Assembly: GCA_963707015.1 (NCBI GenBank)
Contig: CAVPOO010000009.1
Location: 1 to 24,000, forward strand
Origin: an uncultured Gammaproteobacteria bacterium
GTDB lineage: Bacteria; Pseudomonadota; Gammaproteobacteria; Thiohalobacterales; Thiohalobacteraceae
Direction of reading: 5' to 3'
DNA length: 24,000 nt
The position numbers and the translations under genes are program-made. How positions within the stretch are numbered: the stretch's first letter is position 1; every line of letters begins with the position of its first letter. Positions 1-8,742 of this stretch are shown here, piece by piece. The notes under the pieces are model-generated. The model did no database searches. It was given only the letters and a program-made list of their open reading frames with translations, and was not told where the DNA came from.

Positions 1-12
1 GGCTGTCTCTCA

Positions 13-3000
13 GTGAAAAACCAAAGAGTAATCCAGGTCTTCGTCGGCTCACCGGGTGACGTGGCTGAGGAACGCAGGCGCGCTTTCGAAGTTATCGAAC
101 GCATCAACCGCGACGCGCTGCTGCCGCCGGGCTGGCGCTTCGAGGGGGTGGGTTGGGATCAGACGCATTACCCCAAGCTCGCCTGGCTTTCGCCGCAGGA
201 AGCGATCAATGAGGGCATCTCGCGGCCGGGCGATTGCGACATTGCCGTGTTCATATTCTGGAAACGCGTGGGTACGCCCTTGCCGCCGGGGAGGTTTACC
301 GAAAACGGCGCTGGACCGGAGGCTACCGGCAGCCTGTGGGAGTTTTACGATGCGATGGAGTCGGCCAAGAAGCCCTGGGTCTCGGTCTATCGCTGTGAGC
401 GCACGCCCGAGATGACTGAAAAAGATTTCGAAGATCCCGTCGGGTTTGGTACACAGGTTAAGGCCGTTAAGGACTTATTCCTGGGTTTTCAGGATGGCGA
501 GGGCCGGTACCGCGCCGGCTACCAGGGTTACGCCGATGCGAATGATTTCGCCCAGCACCTCGAACAGGATCTGAAGTCATTCATCAAGCGCCAGACATCG
601 CCTGAAGCCAAAGCCGCGGACACCCGCAAAGCGAAGGCCCCGCAGACGGAGCGCGTGCCTGCCGCCTATCTGCAGCGCCTCAAAGAGAGCGTTGCGCGCG
701 TCGAGCTGCTGGGCCTGGATCTCAAGGAAAGTATCACCAACGGTTTACCGCAGGTCTATGTGCCCGCAGTGACGACCAGTGCGACGGAGAAACCCGAGGC
801 TGACCAGCCGTTCGAGCGCGATCGGCGCGAGCTTATCCTGCACCGCCTGGGTGAAAGCTCGCTCTATCTGCCAGGCGATCCGGGGAGCGGTAAGTCCACC
901 TTCAGCCAGTGGGTGGCCTATGTGGTCGCTCACGGTGCCGTCCCACCGCATGAAATTCCACCGCCCGAGGAGCTGCAGGAACGGCTGCCGGACAGCCTGC
1001 TGGGCCGGCTGCCTGTCCTGATCCGGTTGCGCGATTTCTGGGGGCATATGGGTTGCGAGCCTGAGCAGGGTGACTGGCGTCAACGCGAGCTGGAGACGGC
1101 GATCGTCCATTGGCTGGACAAGACGCAACCCTTTGGTCTGACCGCAAGCAGTTTCGAACGCAATCTGGGCGAGGGCAAGCTGTTGCTGCTGCTGGACGGC
1201 GTGGACGAAGTGCCTGAGGAACACAACATCGGTGGCCGCACAGTCTATCCCCGCCATGCGCTGCTCACCGGGCTGGCCGACGCCTTGCCGCAATGGCAGC
1301 AACAAGGCAACCGCATCCTGGTTACCAGTCGGCCCTATGGCCTGCGGGCCGCCGAACGTAATCGGCTCAAGCTGCCGGAAGCCGGTTTGCTGCCGCTGGA
1401 CGAGGATCTGCAGCGCTTGTTCACGGCACGCTGGTACGCGGCTGCCGACCACGCCAATTGGGAGCGCCATGCGAACGGCCTGGCCGAGGAGTTGCGCAAT
1501 AGAGAGGAGCTCTACGAGCTCCGGCGCAATCCGCTACTGCTGACCGCGCTGTGCGTCAAGTACAAGGAGGGCAAGCGCCTGCCGCAGGATATCTACCACC
1601 TCTACGACAGCGTGGTGAATCAGGTCCTGTTCAATCGCTTCCGCGGCAGCGACCGGGAGCGTACCCGGGTACGCTGGCGGCTGGAGGCCGTGGCGCTTGG
1701 GATGCATTATGGTATTGATGACGAATCCGTGCGTCCTGCGCCGCTGGCTTCCGTCGATCTGGACGAACTGGATCGCATCCTCGCCCGCTACGCCGAACAG
1801 AACCCCGGCACCGAGGGCGGGGCCGCCCTGGTGTTGGAACGGCGCGATGAGTTGCTGGAGAGGTCCGGACTGTTACTTGCCCCGGGGCGAAAAGAAGGCC
1901 GAGTTCTATCACCAGGACTTTCGCGACTACCTGGCGGCCGAGCGCTGGGCGCGCGAGCAGCGCTCGCTGGAATCCGCGTTACAGGGCTACGGGGCGAATC
2001 GGGACTGGCGGCGTATGCTCGGTTTTCTGTTCGCCAAGGTGATCGAATCGTCGGGTGGGGTCGACCGACCGTTGCGGGCGCTGGCAGGGCTCAAGGAAAA
2101 GACGTCACGAGACGCGCTGGCAAGTGAGGCGGCCGCGGCCGTGCTGCTGGCGGATTGTCTGGAGATCGCGGCGGGGAAGGCGCGCGAAGGTGGTCTCGCT
2201 GGTGACTGGGTCGACCGCTTTCGGCGGATTTGCACAGACAGTCTGGACGTTGTGCCTGCTGCGGTCGACCGCAACGCCCTGTTTCTGGCCCTCGGCCGGC
2301 TCGGTTGGGACAACCGCCGGGTGTCGGGCTGGACGCGCAGGGCAGGCCCGGTATCGTCTGGCTACCGGTGCCGAACGAGGAGGCCCCGGGTTCTACATTG
2401 CCCAGTATCCGGTCACCCAGGCACAGTTTCAGGCCTTTATCGATGCTGAGGATGGCTATGCGGACCCGCGCTGGTGGAAAGACTTCGACGAGCGCAAGGG
2501 GAATCCATGGAAACCCACCTGGCCGGAACCGAACGCGCCGCGTACCGATGTCGACTGGTTCGAGGCGGTCGCTTTCTGTCGCTGGCTGACTCATTGCGGG
2601 CACGCCCCCACCGCTGGCTGGCAGATCCTGCTGCCCACCGACGAACAGTGGCGACAGGCCTATGTCGGTGAGGGGAAGAGCGAATTTCCCTGGACGGGGG
2701 AGCCTGACCCGAATCGACACGCCAATTATCGGGATACGGGCCTGAAACGCACCAGTGCCGTGGGGGTGTTCCCTGACGGCGTGGCCAGCTCAGGCGCTCT
2801 GGACATGGCCGGTAACGTCTGGGAGTGGTGTCTTGAAAAGTACGACTTGGACACAGGTAGGGTTGGACCTGCCATGATCGATGCGGCGAATGATCGGCGC
2901 GTGTTGCGCGGCGGGTCCTGGTCCAACGCTCCAGGCGACCTGCGTTCCGCCCCTCGCTTCGGGCGCGACCCCGTCGACCGCCGCTACTACCTCGGTTTTC

Positions 3001-3038
3001 GGTTGGTTTGCCGCCCCCCGTCTTCCACTGATCACTGA
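13..3038 (+). pseudogene. DGR target 1: NLR-like STAND protein (N-terminal TIR-like/DUF4062-like domain, NACHT P-loop NTPase, C-terminal FGE-sulfatase/C-type-lectin-fold domain carrying VR1), broken by three frameshifts
   Basis: The N-terminus VIQVFVGSPGDVAEER...DIAVFIFWKRVGTP resembles Rossmann/TIR-like domains fused to STAND NTPases (assignment from memory). Walker A is GDPGSGKST (nt 874-900) and Walker B is LLLLLDGVDEV. The NACHT-typical EFYHQDFRDYLAA motif appears only in frame 2 after ~1885. GVGLDAQGRPGIVWLPVP appears only in frame 1, and the FGE domain (FYIAQYPVTQAQF...MAGNVWEW...RGGSW...GFRLVCRP) only in frame 3, ending at the stop at 3036-3038. The GTG start at 13 is uncertain because the frame is open to the window edge. 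Confidence 0.8.
2904..3019 (+). repeat. DGR variable repeat VR1 (3' end of target 1)
   Basis: Colinear with the reverse complement of 8452-8568. By hand alignment, 21 of 29 TR adenines in the central tract are substituted and no C/G/T positions in that tract are changed. The A-free 3' segment TCGGTTTTCGGTTGGTTTGCCGCCC is identical to TR. Confidence 0.9.
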
Positions 3039-3061
3039 ATCCTGAGTGCTGTTCACTGATC
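3030..3061. other. Imperfect hairpin just downstream of VR1 (GATCACTGAA / 12-nt loop / TTCACTGATC, one C-C mismatch), conserved downstream of VR2 at 8720-8751
   Basis: The arm sequences are identical at both VR flanks and the loops differ at 3 positions. The hairpin overlaps the target 1 stop and the RT stop codon. Confidence 0.35.
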
Positions 3062-3508
3062 GGCCGCGCGCTTGTTGCGTGCGGCCAGGCGCTGGAAAAC
3101 GGTCTTTCGCAGTCCCCAGGTGTCCGCAAACCGGACGTGGTTTACCCAGCCGCTCACTGACGCATCAAGTTCTGCAAAGGTAATTTGCCCCTCGTGCCAG
3201 GCGTCGTAGCGTTGCGCCAGATGGCGGGTCGCATACCGTGCCTTGCGCGCCTTGAGTTTGCGGTGGTCGGGATAGACCACAAAGCCCAACCAGGGCGTCC
3301 CGCAGCCGGTTGGCGCGACCTGGCAGGCGGACTGATGAATGCTCAGTCGATAGCGTGCGAGGCGATCGATGAGGGCTTCTTTCCAGTACCATAGCTGCGT
3401 CTTATCGTCACTGAAAAGCGCGAAGTCATCGACGTAACGCAGGTATGCGCTACAGCCCAGCTCGCGTTTCACGAAGTGATCGAACGGGTCGAGATAGCAG
3501 TTCGACCA
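3053..3508 (-). pseudogene. DGR reverse transcriptase, C-terminal fragment (palm YxDD motif plus thumb)
   Basis: Translation is WSNCYLDPFDHFVKRELGCSAYLRYVDDFALFSDD... through to the stop at 3053-3055. It joins in frame to the N-terminal fragment at 7275-7898 once 3772 nt are removed. Confidence 0.88.
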
Positions 3509-3528
3509 ATATGGCGTGCACTTCATAT

Positions 3529-3564
3529 TGGTCGGTATGTTGGGTTTATGAATATGTGGCGTAC
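3529..3564. repeat. Left terminal inverted repeat of the RIT-like element
   Basis: TGGTCGGTATGTTGGGTTTATGAATATGTGGCGTAC is the reverse complement of 7245-7280 with one mismatch. Confidence 0.9.
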
Positions 3565-3680
3565 GCTACCCATAGACGGCAGCATGCCTTGGGAGATCAA
3601 GTCGTTTTACTTGTGAAGCCGATTGGTTGACTCGACATATTGCTGCCACCTTTTGAACGGTGAACGCGAAGGAGGGCAGT

Positions 3681-4925
3681 ATGCCAAAGACTTACTTCAA
3701 GTCCGCCCCTACAGGGCCACACTCTGACACTGAAGCTGCCGGCCATTATCTGGCGGCTTTCCGACAGTGGCTTGAGCAGAGTGGTTACCGGCCGGAAACG
3801 ATACGCGGCCGCTTGCGCGGAGCAGCTCAGTTTGTCACCTGGGCCGAGGGGAGCGGCGAGGCGCTCGCGCAGTTTGACGAGGTGCTCCTTAGCGCCTTCG
3901 GACGATACTTGGCCCACCGCGGCCAGTTGCAGTACCCAAACGGTATCCGCACGGTTCGATTCCTGGGGGCTCGGCTCTTTGTCACGTTCTTAGCCGCGCA
4001 GGGGATCACGCCACCGTCGAGCAAGGTTTCGGCCACCCCCTCAATGCCTGGACTACTTGTCAAATTTTGCCACTGGATGCGGACGCAGCGCGGTGTGAGT
4101 GAGCCGACGCTTAGCAACTACACCCCCATCCTGCGGGACTTGCTGGAGACCCTCGGTGACCAAGCCGAGCTGTTCACGGCAAAGCGACTGCGCGAGTTTG
4201 TCCTAAATCACGTACATCGCCATGGCAAAGGCCGAGCGAAGGCGGTAGTCACAGCGGTGCGCATGTTTGCTCGCTTTCTAGGCGTCATCGGCTGGTGCGA
4301 GCCAGGATTGGAGCACGCGATTCCCACCATTGCGGAATGGCGCCTGCGGTCATTGCCGCGTTATCTGCCCACGGCGACGGTCGAGCACATCATTGCCGCT
4401 TGTGACGACACAACGCCTCAGGGTGTCCGCGACAAGGCGATGATCCTGCTGATGGCAAGGCTTGGTTTGAGGGCAGGTGATGTGGCGGGGCTGCGCTTTA
4501 CTGATCTGGACTGGCAAGACGGCACGCTGATGGTCATGGGTAAGAATCGCCGTCAGACACGACTGCCACTGCCGCAAGAGGTCGGCGATGCCCTGCTGCA
4601 CTATCTGGAATCGGCACGGCCAACAACGCCGTGCAAGCACGTGTTTATCACTGCCCGAGCCCCGCTGAAGCCTGTCACCAGACAGGCTGTCGGTCGCACG
4701 GCTGCCCGGGCGATCCAACGCGCTGGCATCGATGCGCCGTCGCTTGGCTCCCATGTCTTGCGCCACTCGGCGGCTACCACCATGCTCCGCCAAGGCGTTT
4801 CCCTGCAAGCAATTGGTGAAGTGTTGCGCCATGCCTCGCCAGAGACCACTGCCCACTACGCTAAAGTCGACCAAGCGCTGCTCAGGCAAGTGGTTGTACC
4901 CTGGCCGGAGGTGACGTCATGTTAA
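3681..4925 (+). CDS. Tyrosine recombinase/integrase, first gene of the trio (RitA position)
   Basis: An AAGGAGGG RBS sits before ATG 3681. Motifs are RLGLRAGDVAGLRFTDLDW and SHVLRHSAATTMLRQG...LRHASPETTAHYAKVD (R..HxxR..Y catalytic signature). Confidence 0.85.
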   Translation: MPKTYFKSAPTGPHSDTEAAGHYLAAFRQWLEQSGYRPETIRGRLRGAAQFVTWAEGSGEALAQFDEVLLSAFGRYLAHRGQLQYPNGIRTVRFLGARLFVTFLAAQGITPPSSKVSATPSMPGLLVKFCHWMRTQRGVSEPTLSNYTPILRDLLETLGDQAELFTAKRLREFVLNHVHRHGKGRAKAVVTAVRMFARFLGVIGWCEPGLEHAIPTIAEWRLRSLPRYLPTATVEHIIAACDDTTPQGVRDKAMILLMARLGLRAGDVAGLRFTDLDWQDGTLMVMGKNRRQTRLPLPQEVGDALLHYLESARPTTPCKHVFITARAPLKPVTRQAVGRTAARAIQRAGIDAPSLGSHVLRHSAATTMLRQGVSLQAIGEVLRHASPETTAHYAKVDQALLRQVVVPWPEVTSC

Positions 4926-5830
4926 TGCAAGCGGTTGAGACCTATCTGGCGGTGCGCCGTGCCGCTGACTTCGAACTCGAGGCGGCGGAGCGGTACTTGC
5001 GGGACTTTGCCCGCTTTGCCGGCGTCCACGGGGACCGCCACGTTTCCGCGAAAACGGCGATCGCGTGGGCCGGACTGGGCTCCTCGGAGATGCAGCGCGG
5101 CAACCGCTTACAGATAGTGATTCGCTTTGCGCGTTTTGCCCACTCCGATGACCCTCGCCACGAAATTCCGCCAGCACGCGTGTTCTGTCGGCGCTACTGT
5201 CGGCCGACGCCCTATATCTTCAGCCGATCAGAAATCGAGACGCTGCTAATCCAGGCCACGCGCTTGGGTTCACCCGGATCTTTTCGCTCGCACATGTACA
5301 CGATCCTTTTCAGTCTGCTGGTTGTTACCGGATTGCGGATCTCCGAGGCCTTGGCTTTGCGCTTCCAAGATGTGACCGAGGATGGTTTGGTGATTCGGCA
5401 GACCAAATTCCGTAAGAGCCGACTCGTGCCGGTGCATGAGACCACCGCTGCCGCGCTTCAGCGCTACTTGGTCAAACGAAACGAGGTGGCGCTTGATGAC
5501 GACCACCTGTTCGTCTCTCGGCAGCGCCACCCATTGAGTCACCACACCGTCCGAAAGACTTTCTATCAACTGTTAGCGGCTGCTGCCATTCCCCGCCGGC
5601 CAGGGGGTCCGCACCCACGGCTAATGGACTTTCGTCATACGTTTGCGACAAACGCGCTAATGACTTGTCCCGATGACCGGGACGCCATTCGCTCCCACAT
5701 GCTGGCGCTAAGCACTTACATGGGGCATGCCCGTGTCAAAAACACCTTCTGGTATCTGCAGAGTACGCCGCAGCTGCTGGGCGATATTGCCAGCGCTTGC
5801 GAGGACCGCCTCGGGAGGACCGACTCATGA
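4919..5830 (+). CDS. Tyrosine recombinase/integrase, second gene of the trio (RitB position)
   Basis: Motifs are VTGLRISEALALRFQDV, DFRHTFATNAL and YMGHARVKNTFWYL. The start codon overlaps the upstream stop. Confidence 0.85.
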   Translation: MLMQAVETYLAVRRAADFELEAAERYLRDFARFAGVHGDRHVSAKTAIAWAGLGSSEMQRGNRLQIVIRFARFAHSDDPRHEIPPARVFCRRYCRPTPYIFSRSEIETLLIQATRLGSPGSFRSHMYTILFSLLVVTGLRISEALALRFQDVTEDGLVIRQTKFRKSRLVPVHETTAAALQRYLVKRNEVALDDDHLFVSRQRHPLSHHTVRKTFYQLLAAAAIPRRPGGPHPRLMDFRHTFATNALMTCPDDRDAIRSHMLALSTYMGHARVKNTFWYLQSTPQLLGDIASACEDRLGRTDS

Positions 5831-7200
5831 CATCGATCGCACCGCACATTTCCGCATTTCTACGCGAGCACCTCCCTGTGCAACAGGGGGCAAGCGCACA
5901 CACTTGTGATAGCTACGCCTATGCGTTTCAGCTGCTGTTTGAATACACCAGCCAGCGCTATCAGGTCACGCCCTCAGCGTTGTACCTGGAGCAAATCGAC
6001 GCCCCGTTGGTGATGGATTTTCTGCACTACCTCGAAACCGAGCGACACAACAGCCCCCAGACCCGAAATGCGCGCTTGGTAGCGATCAAATCCTTCATGC
6101 GCTTTATCGAGCATCGGGTGCCCGCACTGCTAGAACACAGCCGGCGTGTGCTTGCCATTCCTATGAAGCGGACCGATACACGCTTGGTGAATTACTTGTC
6201 GGCGGGGGAAATGCAGGCGATTCTGAACGCGCCCGATCTCCAGAGGCGGGACGGCATCCGCGATCGCGCCATGCTCCATCTCTGCTTTGCCGCCGCTCTG
6301 CGTGTGTCAGAGTTGGTCAGTTTGCAGCTGCCCGCTGTAGAGCTCCATCCAACACCGCTTGTCCGGGTGCAGGGGAAAGGCCGCAGAGAGCGCGCACTTC
6401 CGCTATGGAAACAAACGGCCGTTGATCTGAGCGCCTGGCTGGCGGTGCGCGGCGATGCACCGACACCCGAGCTTTTTCTCAACGCACGTGGTTTGCCGAT
6501 AACCCGCTTCGGCTTCGAGTACATCCTGCGTAAACACGTCCGGGCGGCAGCAATGGGTTGCCCCTCGCTCAACAACAAGCGTATCTCTCCCCACGTGTTG
6601 AGACACTATGTGGCCTCCCGGACTATGTGGGGTAAAGTCTTCACATTCGACGGCAATTCGCAGAATTTCAGTGGATTACCTCTGCAAGCGATGCGTGTGT
6701 AGACGACATAAATTGGTGCGTTTCTCGAGCGCTTCTTCGACACTTGCCCACCGCCCGGAAAGAAGTGAGGTCCAATAGATACGAGATTCATAGGGTTCTG
6801 GACCATCGGCCCTTGTCATCTCGGTGCAACCCTCGGCTTTGTGTCTTCCGAAACAGCGCCGGACTATGTCGCTGCCGCCGAGCGCATTCAGCGGAAAAAC
6901 AGGGTCTGAAACGAAGTACGCTACATAGTCCGGGAGGCCACATAGTGTCTCCTATGTAGCCGGCTACATAGGCGCCACTCAAGCGCCATGCTGGTGCTGC
7001 AGGCCACAGGAGATCTCCGCAAGGTTTCGCTCTGGTTGGGACATGCCAGTATGCAAACTACGGAGATCTACTTGCGTGCAGATCCCACAGAGAAACTTAA
7101 CGCCATTGAAGCGGTACTACCACCGACGCTCAGACGAGGTAAATTCCGGCCACCGGATAAGCTGATCGCCAGCCTAAGGGGGGACACCGAAATATGTTGA
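5827..7200 (+). pseudogene. Tyrosine recombinase, third gene of the trio (RitC position), interrupted by a 372-bp insertion
   Basis: The N-terminal part ends ...ISPHVL at 6600. The C-terminal part resumes at 6973 in the same frame (RHSSAMLVLQATGDLRKVSLWLGHASMQTTEIYLRAD). The intervening 6601-6972 contains stop codons. Removing it gives a 333-aa protein. Confidence 0.85.
6601..6972. mobile_element. MITE-like non-autonomous insertion with 28-bp perfect terminal inverted repeats plus an adjacent 22-bp perfect palindrome
   Basis: AGACACTATGTGGCCTCCCGGACTATGT (6601-6628) is the exact reverse complement of 6923-6950. CCTATGTAGCCGGCTACATAGG (6951-6972) is self-complementary. No convincing ORF lies inside, and the element splits the recombinase HVLRH box. 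Confidence 0.7.
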
Positions 7201-7244
7201 GTCATCGGAGCCGAAATCCCACTGAAACCGGCTCGAACAACAAT

Positions 7245-7280
7245 GTACACCACATATTCATAAACCCAACATACCGACCA
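7245..7280. repeat. Right terminal inverted repeat of the RIT-like element
   Basis: GTACACCACATATTCATAAACCCAACATACCGACCA is the reverse complement of 3529-3564. Confidence 0.9.
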
Positions 7281-7898
7281 GAACTGAGAGGTGAGGTTTC
7301 CGATCGGCAGGCCGCGCGGTCGACACGCGGCCAACAGGTCATCGCCCGGGAACCACCGCATTCGATACTCCTGCTCCAATACACCCTGACCGGATGCGAC
7401 GATTTTTTCAATCAGTGGCGCGACGGAAGCGTCCGGCAGCCTGCGGGTCAGCGTTCGCAGCAGGATCTCGTGGTCGATCGCGGCGAAGTGCTGAACGACG
7501 TCGGCGCGCAGCACATAGGGATAGCGCTGCGCGAAGCGCTGAAATCGATCGATTGCGCGGTGCGTTCCTTTACCGCACCGGTTGGCGAAGCTGTCGTCAA
7601 TGAAGCCGCGTTCGAACAAGGGTTCGATCACGTTACACAGCGCGTGGTGCACCACCCGATCGCGAAACGGTGCGGCGCTGATCTTGCGCCGTTTCGGCTC
7701 CTGAATATGGAAGTGCTTATACCCGCCGGGTAGATAAGTACCGGTTTCCAGTTCAGCCTGCAGGACAAGCAGCTCATCGGCGAGCCTCGCCTCCAGCCGT
7801 GCGGTGCTCGATTTGCCGCGTTTCCCCTTTGCGGCCTTGCGAAAAGCCAGCAGCAGGTTGTCCCATTGAATGACTTGATGCAACAGGGAGTCTGTCAT
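7275..7898 (-). pseudogene. DGR reverse transcriptase, N-terminal fragment (RT motifs 1-4)
   Basis: Translation is MTDSLLHQVIQWDNLLLAFRKA...KRRKISAAPFRDRVVHHAL...LRADVVQHFAAIDH...RGLPIGNLTSQFWS. The (I/L)GxxxSQ motif is the DGR-clade hallmark. The ORF then reads into the RIT inverted repeat. Confidence 0.9.
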
Positions 7899-8259
7899 GG
7901 CCGAGCCACTCGTAATTCAAAGCCGAATGTTCGATCTGTTGGTGTGGTTGTTACCCAAAGCGGAGCAATTCCCCAAGGCCTACCGATTCACGCTGACCCA
8001 CAGACTAATGAATGCCGCCCTGGATCTTCAGGATGCCCTGGCCGAGGCGGAGACCAGCCGTGGCCAAGTCAGGCGTCGGGCGCTGTCAGCCGCGGACCGG
8101 CATCTTGCCCGATTACGGATCTACTTGCGGCTGGCACACCATTGGCAGTGGCTGAGCAGTGGTCAGTATGAACACGTCAGCCGTATGGTGCTGGAAATCG
8201 GGCGCTTGCTCGGCGGCTGGCTGAGAGCCGAGCAGCGGGGGATGGGCGGCTCCGGGTAA
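7897..8259 (+). CDS. avd: Avd-like accessory variability determinant (four-helix-bundle, 23S rRNA IVS protein family)
   Basis: The 120-aa product has ...LLPKAEQFPKAYRFTLTHRL...ADRHLARLRIYLRLAH...LEIGRLLGGWLR, which resembles the bAvd pattern. Its ATG overlaps the RT ATG head-to-head (CATG at 7896-7899). Confidence 0.8.
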   Translation: MAEPLVIQSRMFDLLVWLLPKAEQFPKAYRFTLTHRLMNAALDLQDALAEAETSRGQVRRRALSAADRHLARLRIYLRLAHHWQWLSSGQYEHVSRMVLEIGRLLGGWLRAEQRGMGGSG

Positions 8260-8451
8260 ACAGGACCGAGGGAGCCGCCCGCTTTGCTATGCGCCCGAGG
8301 CAGAACCTGCGGACGGGACACGCCTGCGCCATCTTTCATGATGCCTGCCTCGGCCCGCAACCCGTGAGCGGCGGACATTACCGGAAGCTGTACAGGCTCG
8401 TAAGTCCGTACAGCCCGCCCTGCGATAGGCTGCAGGGCCAGGTGGCGATAG

Positions 8452-8568
8452 ATGTGGGCGGCAAACCAACCGAAAACCGATGTTGTTGTTGCGGTTGTCG
8501 GGGTTGTTCCTGTTGCGATTGGCGGAACGCAGGTTGTCTGGATTGTTGTTCCAGGACCCGCCGCGCAA
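8452..8568 (-). repeat. DGR template repeat (TR)
   Basis: The minus strand reads ...[37 protein letters not shown] with 29 adenines, mostly in AAC codons, in the central tract. It is colinear with VR1 and VR2, and all tract differences fall at these adenines. Confidence 0.9.
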
Positions 8569-8663
8569 AACGCGTCGTGCCAAAAACCAGGCGGCCCCAC
8601 GGTAGGCCCCATCAATGAGGCTTTCCGCGCCATGATGTTGCCGTAGTTTGGCTGATGAGTAAA

Positions 8664-8699
8664 CCAAAAAAATCGCGAGCGGGGCGCTGCGCGCCCCGC
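8664..8699 (-). terminator. Rho-independent-type terminator between target 2/VR2 and TR
   Basis: The GC hairpin GCGGGGCGC-(GCA)-GCGCCCCGC is followed on the minus strand by TCGCGATTTTTTT. Confidence 0.6.
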
Positions 8700-8742
8700 C
8701 ACACGCCGCTGCCGCGGCGTATCAGTGAACAGCAACCAGGGT

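Larger units (their letters stand above)
3509..7280 (+). mobile_element. Recombinase-in-trio (RIT-like) element: three tandem overlapping tyrosine recombinase genes bounded by 36-bp inverted repeats, inserted in the DGR RT gene
   Basis: IR-L 3529-3564 and IR-R 7245-7280 match at 35 of 36 positions. CGACCA occurs at both junctions (3503-3508 and 7275-7280). The three integrase-type ORFs have overlapping stop and start codons (ATG 4919 vs stop 4925; ATG 5827 vs stop 5830). Confidence 0.85.

Noticed and set aside
6606-6982. Small ORFs inside the 372-bp insert (6606..6806 minus, 6744..6959 plus, 6788..6982 minus)
   Set aside because: They are short, mutually overlapping and without RBS or motifs. 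The element is more likely non-coding.
7068-7274. Last 69 codons of ORF 7068..7898 (VCWVYEYVVYIV...)
   Set aside because: This translates the RIT inverted repeat and the antisense of the third recombinase. The RT reading frame truly continues at 3502.
8287-8667. 126-aa minus-strand ORF containing [41 protein letters not shown]
   Set aside because: This is the template repeat plus a relic of a target-like domain, not an independent protein gene. The Asn-rich tract reflects AAC codons typical of TRs.
8163-8742. C-terminal 190 codons of the 1112-aa ORF 8163..11501 (low-complexity T/A/P/G-rich tail)
   Set aside because: This is read-through caused by the 1-nt deletion in VR2. The tail runs through TR and antisense to avd and has no domain sense. 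The authentic FGE C-terminus and stop at 8743 are in the adjacent frame.
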